Assembly (NCBI GenBank): GCA_965238075.1
Contig: OZ250173.1
Coordinates: forward strand, 3,168,001-3,232,000
DNA length: 64,000 bases
Reading direction: 5' to 3'
DNA from: Candidatus Entotheonellaceae bacterium
Lineage (GTDB): Bacteria; Tectomicrobia; Entotheonellia; Entotheonellales; Entotheonellaceae
Shown here: positions 40,028-49,783 of the stretch, in pieces
Numbering within the stretch: position 1 is the stretch's first letter
Layout of the letters: every line of letters starts with the position of its first letter
Notes under the pieces: model-generated
What the model saw: only the letters and a program-made list of their open reading frames with translations
Databases searched by the model: none
What the model was told of the DNA's origin: nothing
Translations under genes and position numbers: made by a program

Positions 40028-41866
40028 TTACAGAGAGAAGACGTACAGGACGTTACTGGGAACGGCCTTCTTCAGCTCGGGCGTCGAGTCCGTGAACCAC
40101 TGCGGCCAGGCGCCGCCCAGGCCCACTTCGATGGCGATGTACTGCTTGCCGCCGGCCAGGAACGACATCGGTGGTGCGTTGATGCCCGCGCCGGCCTCAA
40201 ACCGCCACAGTTCCTGCAGCGTGTCGGCGTCCAGCGCCACCACGCCGCCGTCCGCGAGGCCGGTAAAGACGAGACCGCCCGCCGTGGCCATCAAGCCGCC
40301 CAGCAGCGGGAACTTGGTTTCCCACTTGCCGCGCACGGCGCCCGTGGAAACGTCGATGGCCGTTACGCTACCGGTGATACGGCCGGATGCCGGGTCATCG
40401 AAGGTGAAATACGGGGCGCCGCCGAGAAACCAATTACGGCTAGCCGGGTCCCAATTTTTCGGGGCGACCTGGGCGAACGCCTTGTTGCAGCTTTCGATGA
40501 CGGGGATGTAATACAACCCGGTGTGCGGGCTGTAAGCCGTGGGGGGCCAATTCTTGCCGCCCGTGTGGGCTGGGCAGGAAATCCCCTCGACCGCGCCGCG
40601 CTCGCCCTCTTCCGTGACCCCGCCGCGTCCGGCCGCGGTGCCGGGCACGTAGGTCTGGACGTCCGTGTTGGGATCGTAAGAGGCCGGCCGACCGTTCTCG
40701 TCCAGTCCTTTCGTCCAGTTCAGCTTCTTCACGAACTGGGTGCCCCAGACGAACTTGCCGTTGGTGCGATCCAGCGCGTAGGCGAAGCCATTGCGATTGG
40801 AGTGCAGTGTGGCGCGCACGTACTGGCCGTTGATGTTGGTATCAACGAAGGTATTCTCCGCGATGGAGTCGAAATCGTAGGGATCATTCGGCGTGTGCTG
40901 GAATCCCCACAGGAACTTGCCGGTATCCGCGTCCAGGGCGATGGTGCTGTCGGTCCATAGGTTGTCGCCCGGGCGATACGCGTTATCCCAGTCCGGCCCA
41001 GGGTTGGCCGTGCCCCAAACCACGATGTTGAGCTCGGGATCGTAAGAACCCGTCACCCAGGTGGAGCCGCCGCCGGTCTGCCAGGCGCCGTAATCGTCCT
41101 TCCAGGTTTCATGACCCGGCTCGCCCGGCCCCGGGATGGTGTGGGTGCGCCAGATTTCCTTGCCGGTGTTCACGTCCAGCGCGGCGATCCAGCCGCGGAC
41201 GCCAAACTCGGCGCCGGCCATACCGGTCAGCACCATGTCCTTCACGATGAGCGGGGCGCCGGTCATAACCTCGGCGATACCGGGGTCAGCCACCTGGGTT
41301 TCCCACAGCAGACTGCCGTCGTTCTTGTTCAAGGCGAAAACGCGGCCGTCGATCACGATGCCCAAAACCTTGTCGCCGTGCAAAGCGACGCCGCGGTTGT
41401 TGATGCCGCAGCAGGTGACGCTGGGCGCGTAGTCTTTGTCAGCCTCGGGGTTGTGCTTCCACATCAGCACGGGCTTGCCGCCGCGCACGTCCAGCTTGGT
41501 GATCACACCCCAGCCGGTGGTCAGGTACAGGAAGCCGTCTTCTGCTATTGGCGTGCCTTCCAGGCCGGAGAACGGGAAGACGACCGGCGCGGTGCCGCCG
41601 CCCTGGATGTCGCCCATGGCCCACGCGAAGGCGACCTTCAGGTCGGCGACGTTAGACTTGTTGATCTGCGTGAGGCCGGAGAATCGATGGGCCTCATAGT
41701 TGCCGTGATGATTGATCCAGTTGCCGGGCTCATTTTCGCTGTTGACCAGGCGCTCGTGCGTCACGTTTCCCGCCAGGGCCGTCATGGCGAAAACAGTCAA
41801 GCCGAGCAACACGGCCAAGGCGCCGCGATAGGACAATTTACAAACGATGTTCCTCGTTCCCTCCAC
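40028..41866 (-). CDS. PQQ-dependent alcohol dehydrogenase (methanol/ethanol family)
   Basis: RFSGLTQINKSNV, CCGINNRG vicinal cysteines, GAEFGVRG, GTANPGP, DPYDFD, GGKNWPP; start uncertain. Confidence 0.92.
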   Translation of the reverse strand: MEGTRNIVCKLSYRGALAVLLGLTVFAMTALAGNVTHERLVNSENEPGNWINHHGNYEAHRFSGLTQINKSNVADLKVAFAWAMGDIQGGGTAPVVFPFSGLEGTPIAEDGFLYLTTGWGVITKLDVRGGKPVLMWKHNPEADKDYAPSVTCCGINNRGVALHGDKVLGIVIDGRVFALNKNDGSLLWETQVADPGIAEVMTGAPLIVKDMVLTGMAGAEFGVRGWIAALDVNTGKEIWRTHTIPGPGEPGHETWKDDYGAWQTGGGSTWVTGSYDPELNIVVWGTANPGPDWDNAYRPGDNLWTDSTIALDADTGKFLWGFQHTPNDPYDFDSIAENTFVDTNINGQYVRATLHSNRNGFAYALDRTNGKFVWGTQFVKKLNWTKGLDENGRPASYDPNTDVQTYVPGTAAGRGGVTEEGERGAVEGISCPAHTGGKNWPPTAYSPHTGLYYIPVIESCNKAFAQVAPKNWDPASRNWFLGGAPYFTFDDPASGRITGSVTAIDVSTGAVRGKWETKFPLLGGLMATAGGLVFTGLADGGVVALDADTLQELWRFEAGAGINAPPMSFLAGGKQYIAIEVGLGGAWPQWFTDSTPELKKAVPSNVLYVFSL

Positions 41867-42120
41867 TGTTTAACCATACATGTTCTGCCGGACGCCGCGT
41901 GAGGCATGGTCGTCACTGCCAGCCAGCCGTAACCCTTTGTCCGCAGAGCAAACGAGCGGGGATTCCATCCGAATTGCCGCCGAAATGCCATGAGAGCCGC
42001 CGGCCCTTGGTATCATGCCCTCTGCGGGCGTTGCTTCAAGGTGTCTTGCACTATGTATAATGAAAGACATAGGCACTGCTGCACAGCTACGAGCTGTATA
42101 AACGATAAAGGAGGCGCAAT

Positions 42121-43296
42121 ATGTGGCTGCCGGAGCGCATGAAGTTTGGCATCTTTCTCGGCCCCTTCCACCGCGTGGGGGAAAACCCGACCCTTGCCAT
42201 GGACCGCGATCTCGAGTTGATCCAGTGGCTCGACTACCTGGGTTTTGACGAAGCGTGGGTCGGCGAGCACCACAGCGCGGGCTGGGAAATCATCTCCTCT
42301 CCCGAGATATTCATCGCCGTGGCGGCAGATCGCACGCGCTACATCAAGCTCGGCACCGGGGTCATCAGCCTGCCCTACCACCACCCGTTCATGGTGGCCA
42401 ATCGCATGGTGCAGCTTGATCACATGACGCATGGCCGCGTGATGCTGGGCGTGGGGCCGGGGGCGCTGCCCGGCGATGCCTACATGATGGGCATTGACGC
42501 CACGACGCAGCGGGCGCGCATGGACGAGGCGATGGGCATTATTCTGCGGCTGTTCACCGAGACGGAACCCCTGACGTACAAGAGCGACTGGTTTGAGCTC
42601 CATGAGGCGCTTCTGCAGATCCGCCCTTACCAAAGGCCGTATATGCCGCTTGCCGTCGCCTCCGTGCAGTCGCCGGCCGGGGTGGCGCTGGCCGGCAAGT
42701 ACGGCGCCGCGGTTCTGACCATCACGACACCGCGCGACCCCTCTGCCGGCGGCGCCGACCTGAAGGGGCTCTGGACAATCGCCGAGCAGTCGGCTGCCGA
42801 GCACGGCCAGGAGGTGGACCGCGCGGACTGGCGGCTGGTCCTGCCCGTGCATCTGGCCGAAACCCGCAAGGAGGCGCTGGACCAGGCACGTCTCGGGGCC
42901 GGGCACTACCAGCGGGAGTATTTCGAGAGGACCATGGGGCGCGCGCAGATGATCGACGGCCCTTTGGATAAGGTGATCGACGGCATGGTCGAACGCGGCG
43001 CCTGGATCGTGGGAACGCCGGACGACTGCGTGGCCGGCATCAAGCGCCTGGCGGAGCAAAGCGACGGCTTTGGCGGGCTTCTGGTGCAAACGGTCGATTG
43101 GGCGCCGCGCGAGGCGATGCTGCACAGCTACGAGCTGCTGGCGCGTTACGTCATGCCGCAGTTCCAGGGAAGCGCGGCAGGCACCGCGGCCTCAAATACC
43201 TGGGCTTATGACCGGCGCGAGGTGCTCATGGCGGGGCGCACGCGGGCCCTCGACCACGCCCGCCAATTGTACGCGCAACGGCACGCTGTTTCATAG
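42121..43296 (+). CDS. LLM-class flavin-dependent oxidoreductase (LimB-like)
   Basis: GFDEAWVGEHHS, LGTGVISLPYHHP, LDHMTHGRVMLGVGPG. Confidence 0.9.
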   Translation: MWLPERMKFGIFLGPFHRVGENPTLAMDRDLELIQWLDYLGFDEAWVGEHHSAGWEIISSPEIFIAVAADRTRYIKLGTGVISLPYHHPFMVANRMVQLDHMTHGRVMLGVGPGALPGDAYMMGIDATTQRARMDEAMGIILRLFTETEPLTYKSDWFELHEALLQIRPYQRPYMPLAVASVQSPAGVALAGKYGAAVLTITTPRDPSAGGADLKGLWTIAEQSAAEHGQEVDRADWRLVLPVHLAETRKEALDQARLGAGHYQREYFERTMGRAQMIDGPLDKVIDGMVERGAWIVGTPDDCVAGIKRLAEQSDGFGGLLVQTVDWAPREAMLHSYELLARYVMPQFQGSAAGTAASNTWAYDRREVLMAGRTRALDHARQLYAQRHAVS

Positions 43297-43394
43297 CCGC
43301 GCACCATTTTGCTCCTCTTAATTGAACAAATACATAATTTGCACGGCATTGTGTTATGATACACAATTCATTGTTAAATAGGAGGAGGGCCAGT

Positions 43395-43658
43395 ATGACG
43401 AACGTTTACGTTGGTAATTTGCCGTTCAGTACGACCGAGGAAGAAATACGCAACATGTTCAGTGCTTATGGAGCCGTGGACAACGTCAGTTTGATCACGG
43501 ACCGGGAAACCGGGCGACTTCGGGGATTTGGATTCGTCGAGATGTCGGACGGTGCGGATGAGGCCATTGCTGCTCTTAATCAAACCGAAGTCGGTGGCAG
43601 ACGCTTGGTCGTGAATCTCGCCAAGCCGCGGGAGGAACGCCGTCCGCGGCGCTGGTAG
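43395..43658 (+). CDS. RRM RNA-binding protein
   Basis: RNP2 VYVGNL, RNP1 RGFGFVEM; GGAGG RBS. Confidence 0.94.
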   Translation: MTNVYVGNLPFSTTEEEIRNMFSAYGAVDNVSLITDRETGRLRGFGFVEMSDGADEAIAALNQTEVGGRRLVVNLAKPREERRPRRW

Positions 43659-43802
43659 CTTTGGGGCCTTCATCGGCCCTGGAATCGCGTCTCTCGGCAC
43701 CCCCGTTAAAGGTACCAGTTTTGACCTTGACCCTCGGCCAGGTCGTGTGTTAACAGTCTCCGAGTTAATGACATTTCACACTCTTCACCAAGTAAAGCGC
43801 TG

Positions 43803-43919
43803 ATGAACTTCGGCTCGACGGTTATCCAAGGTATTTCTCCCCACTGCACCCACTGCACCGGCGGTGCGTGCTGTAGCTACGAAGGCCACAATACCTTCAG
43901 ACGGGGGAGATTCGGATAA
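43803..43919 (+). CDS. Putative Cys-rich leader peptide (38 aa)
   Basis: Hand translation MNFGSTVIQGISPHCTHCTGGACCSYEGHNTFRRGRFG: 4 Cys in 10 codons, upstream of a terminator and the sulfite reductase; weak RBS. Confidence 0.6.
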   Translation: MNFGSTVIQGISPHCTHCTGGACCSYEGHNTFRRGRFG

Positions 43920-43958
43920 GCAACGTCTATTAGAAACCGATTTTTCAGGCGACATGCC

Positions 43959-43996
43959 AAGCCCACTCCCTGTTTGCAGGTGAGTGGGCTTTTTTT
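43959..43996 (+). terminator. Intrinsic terminator (probable attenuator) 70 nt upstream of the sulfite reductase
   Basis: AAGCCCACTCCCTG-TTTG-CAGG(T)GAGTGGGCTT stem ending in a T7 run. Confidence 0.85.
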
Positions 43997-44065
43997 GTTT
44001 CTACACGGCGCCGCAAAGCCGGCGCATAGCACCCCGCGACATCGACACGGTAAGGAAAATAGCCA

Positions 44066-46318
44066 ATGAGCGCTACCACCTGGAAGGAATGCCTGCAGGG
44101 TCGCCTGCCGGCGGCCTTGGAAGAGGAAATCGGCATTTTCGAGACGCAATTGACGTTGAAGCGTCAGGACAAGATTGACGACAAGATTTTTGCCGAGACG
44201 CGCCTGCGGCGCGGGGTCTATGGACAGCGCTATGACAATGGACAGCGCCACGACGGCGTGGAAACGCGGCCGTTGAGTTATCCCTGCGAGGGTCTCACCA
44301 AGGGACCGCAAACGGTGTGGGACGCGCCCGGCATGCAGCGCATCAAGATTCCCTTTGGCGGCCTCAACGCCGAGCAAATGGAGACGCTGGCCGACTTGGC
44401 CGAGGAGTACTCTGACGCCATCTGTCACGTCACCACCCGGCAGGATTTTCAACTCCACTTTGTGCACATCGACGATACCCCCGATCTCATGCGGCGCCTG
44501 GCCGCGGTGGGCATCACCACACAGGAAGCTTGCGGCAACGTGGTGCGCAACGTCACCGCCTGCCCCCTGGCCGGCGTTTGCAGCGACGAGAGCTTCGACG
44601 TCACGCCCTACGCCCACGCCTTGACGTATTTCCTCCTGAATCACAAGGATGCCCAGGATTTTGGCCGCAAGTTCAAGATCGCGTTTTCGGGCTGCACCGA
44701 CCACGCCTGCGGCTTGGCCAACATGCACGATCTCGGCCTCATTGCCAAAACGAGGGTGGAAAACGGCCAGTCTAGGCGCGGTTTCACCTTCTACGTTGGC
44801 GGCGGCTTGGGGGCCGTACCGCATCAGGCGCAGGTACTGGACGATTTTGTTGCAGAGGAAGAGATTCTGCCGTTGGCCCAGGCGGTCTGCCGGGTCTTCG
44901 CGCGGCTGGGCGAAAAGAAGAACCGCGCGCGGGCGCGCCTGAAATTTCTGGTGGCCAAGTTGGGCATTGAGGAATTTCGGCGGCTGGTGCTGGAAGCGCG
45001 CGCGATTCTGCCTCAGGACGAGCGCTGGACGCTCTACATGGACAACCTCGGCGTCACGGATGAAGCCCCCGCGCGGCCGGCTGGCGCCCTGCCGGAGGAA
45101 CCGCATCCCGAAGGGTTTGCCGACTGGATGGCGAGCAACGTCATGTTCCAGAGCCAACCCGGCTACGCCGTGGCGACCGTCTGTCTGCCCATGGGCGACC
45201 TCACCTCCGAGCAGATGCGCACCCTGGCCGACATCACACGGCGCTACAACGGCGGCCGCGCCCGCACCACGGTTGAGCAGAACATCGTGCTGCGTTGGAT
45301 CAGTCAGGCCGACCTCCCCGGCCTCTATACCGACCTTGCGGCGGTCGGCTTGGCGGAATCCGGGGCTTCCACCCTGCGCGACATCACTGCCTGCCCGGGC
45401 ACGGACACCTGCAAGCTCGGCATTTCGTCGTCCCGCGGTTTGGCGGCAGAACTGCGCCAGCGGGCGTCGGCGTGCAACGGCCAGCTCGACCCGTCCGTGA
45501 AGGACCTGAAGATCAAGATCAGCGGATGCTTCAACTCCTGCGGTCAGCATCACGTGGCCGACATTGGTTTCTACGGCGTCAGCCGCAAGTCGGACAACCA
45601 CGCGGTGCCGCACTTTCAGGTGGTGCTTGGCGGTCAGTGGACCGAGAACGCCGCCGCCTATGGCCTGGCCACCGTGGCGGTGCCGTCAAAGCGCGTGCCG
45701 GAGGCGGTGGATCGCATTACGGACTTCTACGTGGCGGAGCGGGAGCCAGAGGAAAGTTTTCAGGCTTTTATCAAGCGCACCGGTAAGGCCAAAATCCGCG
45801 CGCTCCTTCAGGATCTGACGAAGGTGCCGGCGTATGCCGAGGACAGTTCTCACTATTCCGATTGGGGCGACCCGCGCGAATACAGCCTTGGCGACATGGG
45901 CGTTGGCGAGTGCGCCGGTGAGGTTGTGTCGTTGACCGAATTTGGGCTGGCCAGCAGCGAGCGGCAGGTCTTCGAGGCGCAGGTGGACCTGGACAACCGG
46001 GACTTTCCCAAGGCATCGCAAACGGCTTTCCAGGCCATGCTGGAGGCGGCCAAGGCCCTCATTCAGGTCTACAACATCGACGTCATCAACGATGCGGACC
46101 AGATCGTCGAGGAATTCCGGCGGCGTTTTTACGATACCGAGTTGTTCCATGACCCTTACGCCGGTCCCAAGTTCGCCAATTACCTGTTTCACGCCGCCAA
46201 CGGCGGCCGGGCCGATACCAGCCCGGCGGCGGTTCACCGGCGTATCGAGGAGGCCCAGCTTTTCATCGAGGCGGCCTATTCCTGCTACAGCCGTCTCGGT
46301 CAGCGGCAGCCGGTGTAA
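44066..46318 (+). CDS. Siroheme nitrite/sulfite reductase with C-terminal extension
   Basis: GVYGQR, TTRQDFQ, RNVTACP, RKFKIAFSGC, CPGTDTCKLG...SGCFNSCG siroheme/4Fe-4S ligands. Confidence 0.92.
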   Translation: MSATTWKECLQGRLPAALEEEIGIFETQLTLKRQDKIDDKIFAETRLRRGVYGQRYDNGQRHDGVETRPLSYPCEGLTKGPQTVWDAPGMQRIKIPFGGLNAEQMETLADLAEEYSDAICHVTTRQDFQLHFVHIDDTPDLMRRLAAVGITTQEACGNVVRNVTACPLAGVCSDESFDVTPYAHALTYFLLNHKDAQDFGRKFKIAFSGCTDHACGLANMHDLGLIAKTRVENGQSRRGFTFYVGGGLGAVPHQAQVLDDFVAEEEILPLAQAVCRVFARLGEKKNRARARLKFLVAKLGIEEFRRLVLEARAILPQDERWTLYMDNLGVTDEAPARPAGALPEEPHPEGFADWMASNVMFQSQPGYAVATVCLPMGDLTSEQMRTLADITRRYNGGRARTTVEQNIVLRWISQADLPGLYTDLAAVGLAESGASTLRDITACPGTDTCKLGISSSRGLAAELRQRASACNGQLDPSVKDLKIKISGCFNSCGQHHVADIGFYGVSRKSDNHAVPHFQVVLGGQWTENAAAYGLATVAVPSKRVPEAVDRITDFYVAEREPEESFQAFIKRTGKAKIRALLQDLTKVPAYAEDSSHYSDWGDPREYSLGDMGVGECAGEVVSLTEFGLASSERQVFEAQVDLDNRDFPKASQTAFQAMLEAAKALIQVYNIDVINDADQIVEEFRRRFYDTELFHDPYAGPKFANYLFHAANGGRADTSPAAVHRRIEEAQLFIEAAYSCYSRLGQRQPV

Positions 46319-46338
46319 TTCAGGAGGAAAGCAAGGCC

Positions 46339-46947
46339 ATGGAAAGTGTGAAGTACGACCTTAAATTGTTCCTCCAGGAACCCGCCGAGGTCGATCTGCA
46401 AGACTTCATCCCCGTCTTTCACGACTGGATTCAACACCAGTGCCTCGACGAGTTGCTCATTGACGTCGTGGATTATCGGCACGTTCACAACGGACCGGGG
46501 GTGATGCTGATCGCCCACGACGCGCATTACGCGATGGATATGGCCGATGGCCGCATGGGCCTCCTATACAGCCGTCGGCGCGAAACCCACCCTACCCGAA
46601 ACGCGATACAAAGCGTGACGGAGCGTCTGCAATCTGTCGTGCAATGTGCCCTGACGGCGTGTCAACTTCTGGAAGCGGAACCGTCTCTGCAAGGCCGTCT
46701 GAGGTTCCGTACCGATGAGCTGCTGTTACGGGTAAACGACCGCTTGGTATCCCCTGTCCCCGCGGCTTTCGACGACCTGCAGGCGCACTTGGGACCGGTC
46801 CTGGAAAGGCTTTACCCGGACCATCAAGTGGAGATGGAGCGCTGCGGCGGGCCGATGTCCCGTTTGGCGGTGAAGATTACGGCTTCCGACGATACGGATA
46901 TGGGGAGGCTACACAGCCGGCTGGGTCACGATGAATTGTCGCTGTAG
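46339..46947 (+). CDS. Hypothetical protein co-transcribed with the reductase
   Basis: AGGAGG RBS, 20-nt gap; FIPVFHDWIQ...LLIDVVDYRHVHNGPGVMLIAH. Confidence 0.75.
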   Translation: MESVKYDLKLFLQEPAEVDLQDFIPVFHDWIQHQCLDELLIDVVDYRHVHNGPGVMLIAHDAHYAMDMADGRMGLLYSRRRETHPTRNAIQSVTERLQSVVQCALTACQLLEAEPSLQGRLRFRTDELLLRVNDRLVSPVPAAFDDLQAHLGPVLERLYPDHQVEMERCGGPMSRLAVKITASDDTDMGRLHSRLGHDELSL

Positions 46948-47131
46948 TTTCGTGGTTTGGGGTAACATCGCAAGTACTCTCTGAAGCGGTCGCACGGAGC
47001 ACCTCCATTCTCGGTTGTGTTGGCTAGCACAGCCCTAGAGTTGGAGGGCCCGTGTGGCTACCTCAAGAACACCAGTGCTGTTAGAAAGTCAAAGTTTTTG
47101 GCCGAATTCTCCCTTTGTCGTTTCACCATTA

Positions 47132-47160
47132 TCGGATTACGCTGCGCCAATCCGACCTAC
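47132..47160. repeat. REP family B copy
   Basis: TCGGATTACGCTGCGCCAATCCGACCTAC. Confidence 0.7.
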
Positions 47161-47215
47161 TCCATACGCGTTCACAGGAACCGGAGCGGACATTCCCCAC
47201 CCTAACGCAGAAGGA

Positions 47216-48806
47216 TCAATACGGATACGGCATCGGCCCGCACGGCACCTCGATGAGCGTCGGCGCCTCCACGGCCAGCGCCTCGCGGAGTTGCGCCTCG
47301 AGCTCTTCCGCGGTGGCGGCGCGAGCGCCGCGCACGCCGAATGCCTTGGCGAGCGTCATGAAATCCGGGTTGTGCAATTCGGAGCCGTAGACACGCCCCT
47401 GGAAGCGGTCGCGCTGGTCGCGCAGGACGTTGCCGAAGGCGCTGTCGTTGAAGACGATGACGACAGCGTTGATCTTCTGCTGCACCGCGGTGGCGAGTTC
47501 CTGGACGTTGTACATAAAGCCGCCGTCGCCGGAAATGGCGACCACCGCCTTATCGGGACAGGCGACTTTGGCGCCAAGGGCGGTGGGATAGGCGTAGCCC
47601 AGATTGCCGAAATACGAGGACGTCAAGAACGTGCCAGCGTGGTAAACCGGGAAATAGGCGCGGCTGTAATACCCCACCTGCGTCATGCCGCAGATGATAA
47701 TGCCATCCTCCGGCACGGCATTGCGGATGGCGCCGACGAACCCGGCGAGCGGCTGCAGCTGGGCGTGCTCGCTGGTGCGGCGGGCCTGCTTGACGGCGGC
47801 GATCTCCTGCTCGCGGCCCGACTGCGCCGGCATGAGGCCGCTGACCGCGTCGTAGAGGGCTTGCAGGGTTTTCTTCGCATCCCCGACCAGGCCGACTGTC
47901 TTCTCATAGTTGCGACCGATCTCTGACGGATCAACGTCGATCTGCACGACTGTCTGACCGCTGAGGATTTCGGGACTGGCCAGCCGCGTGCCTACCGCCA
48001 GCACCACGTCCGTCTGCTTCATGTAGTCACTGGTAATCGGGTCGTGCCGCAGCCGCAAGGCCCCGAGCGCCAAATCGTGGCGGTCCGATAGCGCCCCCTT
48101 GCCCTCGCTGGTCGTGAGGACCGGCGCCTGTAGGTACTCCGCCAGCCGTTGCAGCGCCGCGCCGGCCTGCGACGAAATAGCCCCGCCGCCCGCCAGAATC
48201 AGGGGTTTGCTGGCCCCCTTCAGCGTTTCGGCGCCCGCTTTAACGCGGTCGCTGCTGGCCGCTTCACGCTCGGGCTCGGCCGGATCGAGCAACTTGACGT
48301 CGGCAGTTTCGGCCAGCGTTTCCGGGGGAATCTCAATTTCCACCGGCCGCGGGCGGCCCGTCTTCAACTGGTAGAACGCCTCGTGCACCGCCTCCGGCAC
48401 TTCCTGCGCCTTCAGAATCCGCCGCGTCCACTTCGTTACCGGACGAATGGTGTCCAGCTGGTCATTCACCTCGTGCAGCATGCCCCGGTCCACGCCGATG
48501 AAGTCGCGCTGAATCTGCCCCGACACCACCAGGATGGGCGACGACGCCGAGTACGCCGTGCCGATGCCCGCCGAGGCGTTCTGCAGCCACCAGCGCCGTG
48601 CCAATGTCGCCGCTGGCGCGCGCGTAGCCGTCGGCCATGTAGGTGGTGGCCTGCTCGTGGCGCACCGGAATGAATCGGATATCCGCTTCGTCGTACAAGC
48701 CGTCGAGCAAGTGGTAGAGCTGCACGCCGGGCAGACCGAAAATGACCCGCACGCCTTCGCGGTGCAGCGATTTTGCCAGGGCTTGACCGCCGGTCATCTT
48801 AGACAT
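47216..48806 (-). pseudogene. Thiamine-diphosphate enzyme (acetolactate synthase-like), frameshifted near 48587
   Basis: N-terminal frame (IFGLPGVQ, RHEQ, MADGYARA, GTALV) switches to the frame carrying LQNASAG...GDGGF...FNDSAFG; the usual PGPG motif is missing at the junction. Confidence 0.8.
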
Positions 48807-49659
48807 AGGGCTTTTTCTCCTTGCTTAGCGCGTCGATGATCGCGCTGTAACCGTCTTGAAACGTGGGGTATCGGAACGGATAGCCGGAAGCCGCCAGACG
48901 GACGTTGCGGCAGCGCTTGTTGCTACGGCGGTTCGTTGAGGCCGCCACCAGGCGCGGCGGCGGCGTGTCCAGCACACCGGAGAGCCAGCGCAGCAGCGTG
49001 CCGCGCTCGACGGGCCGGTAATCGACCCCGATGTACAGCGGCGCCGGGTGGGCCAGGGCCGTCAGATGACGCAGCGCACCGACGCAGTCGTCACGGTGAA
49101 TGAGATTAAGGTAGACCGGCGGGCTGTCCTGATACGTCGCGTTGCCCTGCCGCAGGTTTTCGATCAGGCGCGTGCGCCCCGGCCCGTAGATGCCGGCCAG
49201 ACGCAACACGGTGGCGGCAAATTCGCTTTCCAAAAAGAGGCGCTCGCCCGCCAGCAAATGCCGCCCCCCGGCATGCAGCGGCTCCGCCGGGGTGTCTTCG
49301 TCCACCCACTCGCCGCGGCACTGCGCGTAAACCCCAGTGCTGGAGGTGAACATCACTCGGCGCGGACGCTGGCCTTGTTGCTGCAGCGCCTCCAACAAAT
49401 GGCGCGGGCCGTCGACGTATGCCGTTCGGTAGGCGGCCTCCGAACTGTCCGCCGCTGCGGCGGTGTAATACACGACGCCCAGACCCGGCGGCAGGCTGCG
49501 CAGCGTCTCGGCATCCGCCAGGTCGGCGGCCAGCGGCTGCACGGTGTCCGGCAATCCGGCGGGACGCCGCCGCAAGCCCCACACGGAATGCCCGTCGGCA
49601 GCCAGACGCACGCCCAGGGCGGTGCCGACGTAGCCGCAACCTGCTATCAGGATGTTCAT
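48799..49659 (-). CDS. Atypical SDR / NAD-dependent epimerase family protein
   Basis: AGCGYVG, SSTGVY, LRLAGIYGPGR, NLIHRDD, YPTFQDG. Confidence 0.88.
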   Translation of the reverse strand: MNILIAGCGYVGTALGVRLAADGHSVWGLRRRPAGLPDTVQPLAADLADAETLRSLPPGLGVVYYTAAAADSSEAAYRTAYVDGPRHLLEALQQQGQRPRRVMFTSSTGVYAQCRGEWVDEDTPAEPLHAGGRHLLAGERLFLESEFAATVLRLAGIYGPGRTRLIENLRQGNATYQDSPPVYLNLIHRDDCVGALRHLTALAHPAPLYIGVDYRPVERGTLLRWLSGVLDTPPPRLVAASTNRRSNKRCRNVRLAASGYPFRYPTFQDGYSAIIDALSKEKKPYV

Positions 49660-49783
49660 GCCGAATCCAGGTGAGAGACGAGGCCAGGGTTTCTTGCTGG
49701 TATAAATGATCCTATCGTAGCACGCCGCCCTAGGCTTCTGTAGCGGGAATCGGTGACGTGCCGCTCAGCGCTCAAGGACGAGG

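Noticed and set aside
43820-43921. SAM-I riboswitch or T-box upstream of the sulfite reductase (TTATC...GATAA ends resemble SAM-I P1)
   Set aside because: The SAM-I core (AGAG, kink-turn, GCAACC, GTGC-AA) and the T-box GGTGGTACC motif are absent; the Cys-rich uORF explains the region better.
43797-43952. 6S RNA-like long rod structure
   Set aside because: End-to-end pairing is possible but irregular and I could not identify 6S consensus motifs; disfavoured, not excluded without an Infernal search.
48570-48606. Programmed ribosomal frameshift in the ThDP enzyme
   Set aside because: No slippery sequence, and conserved residues are physically missing, so frameshifting would not restore the motif.
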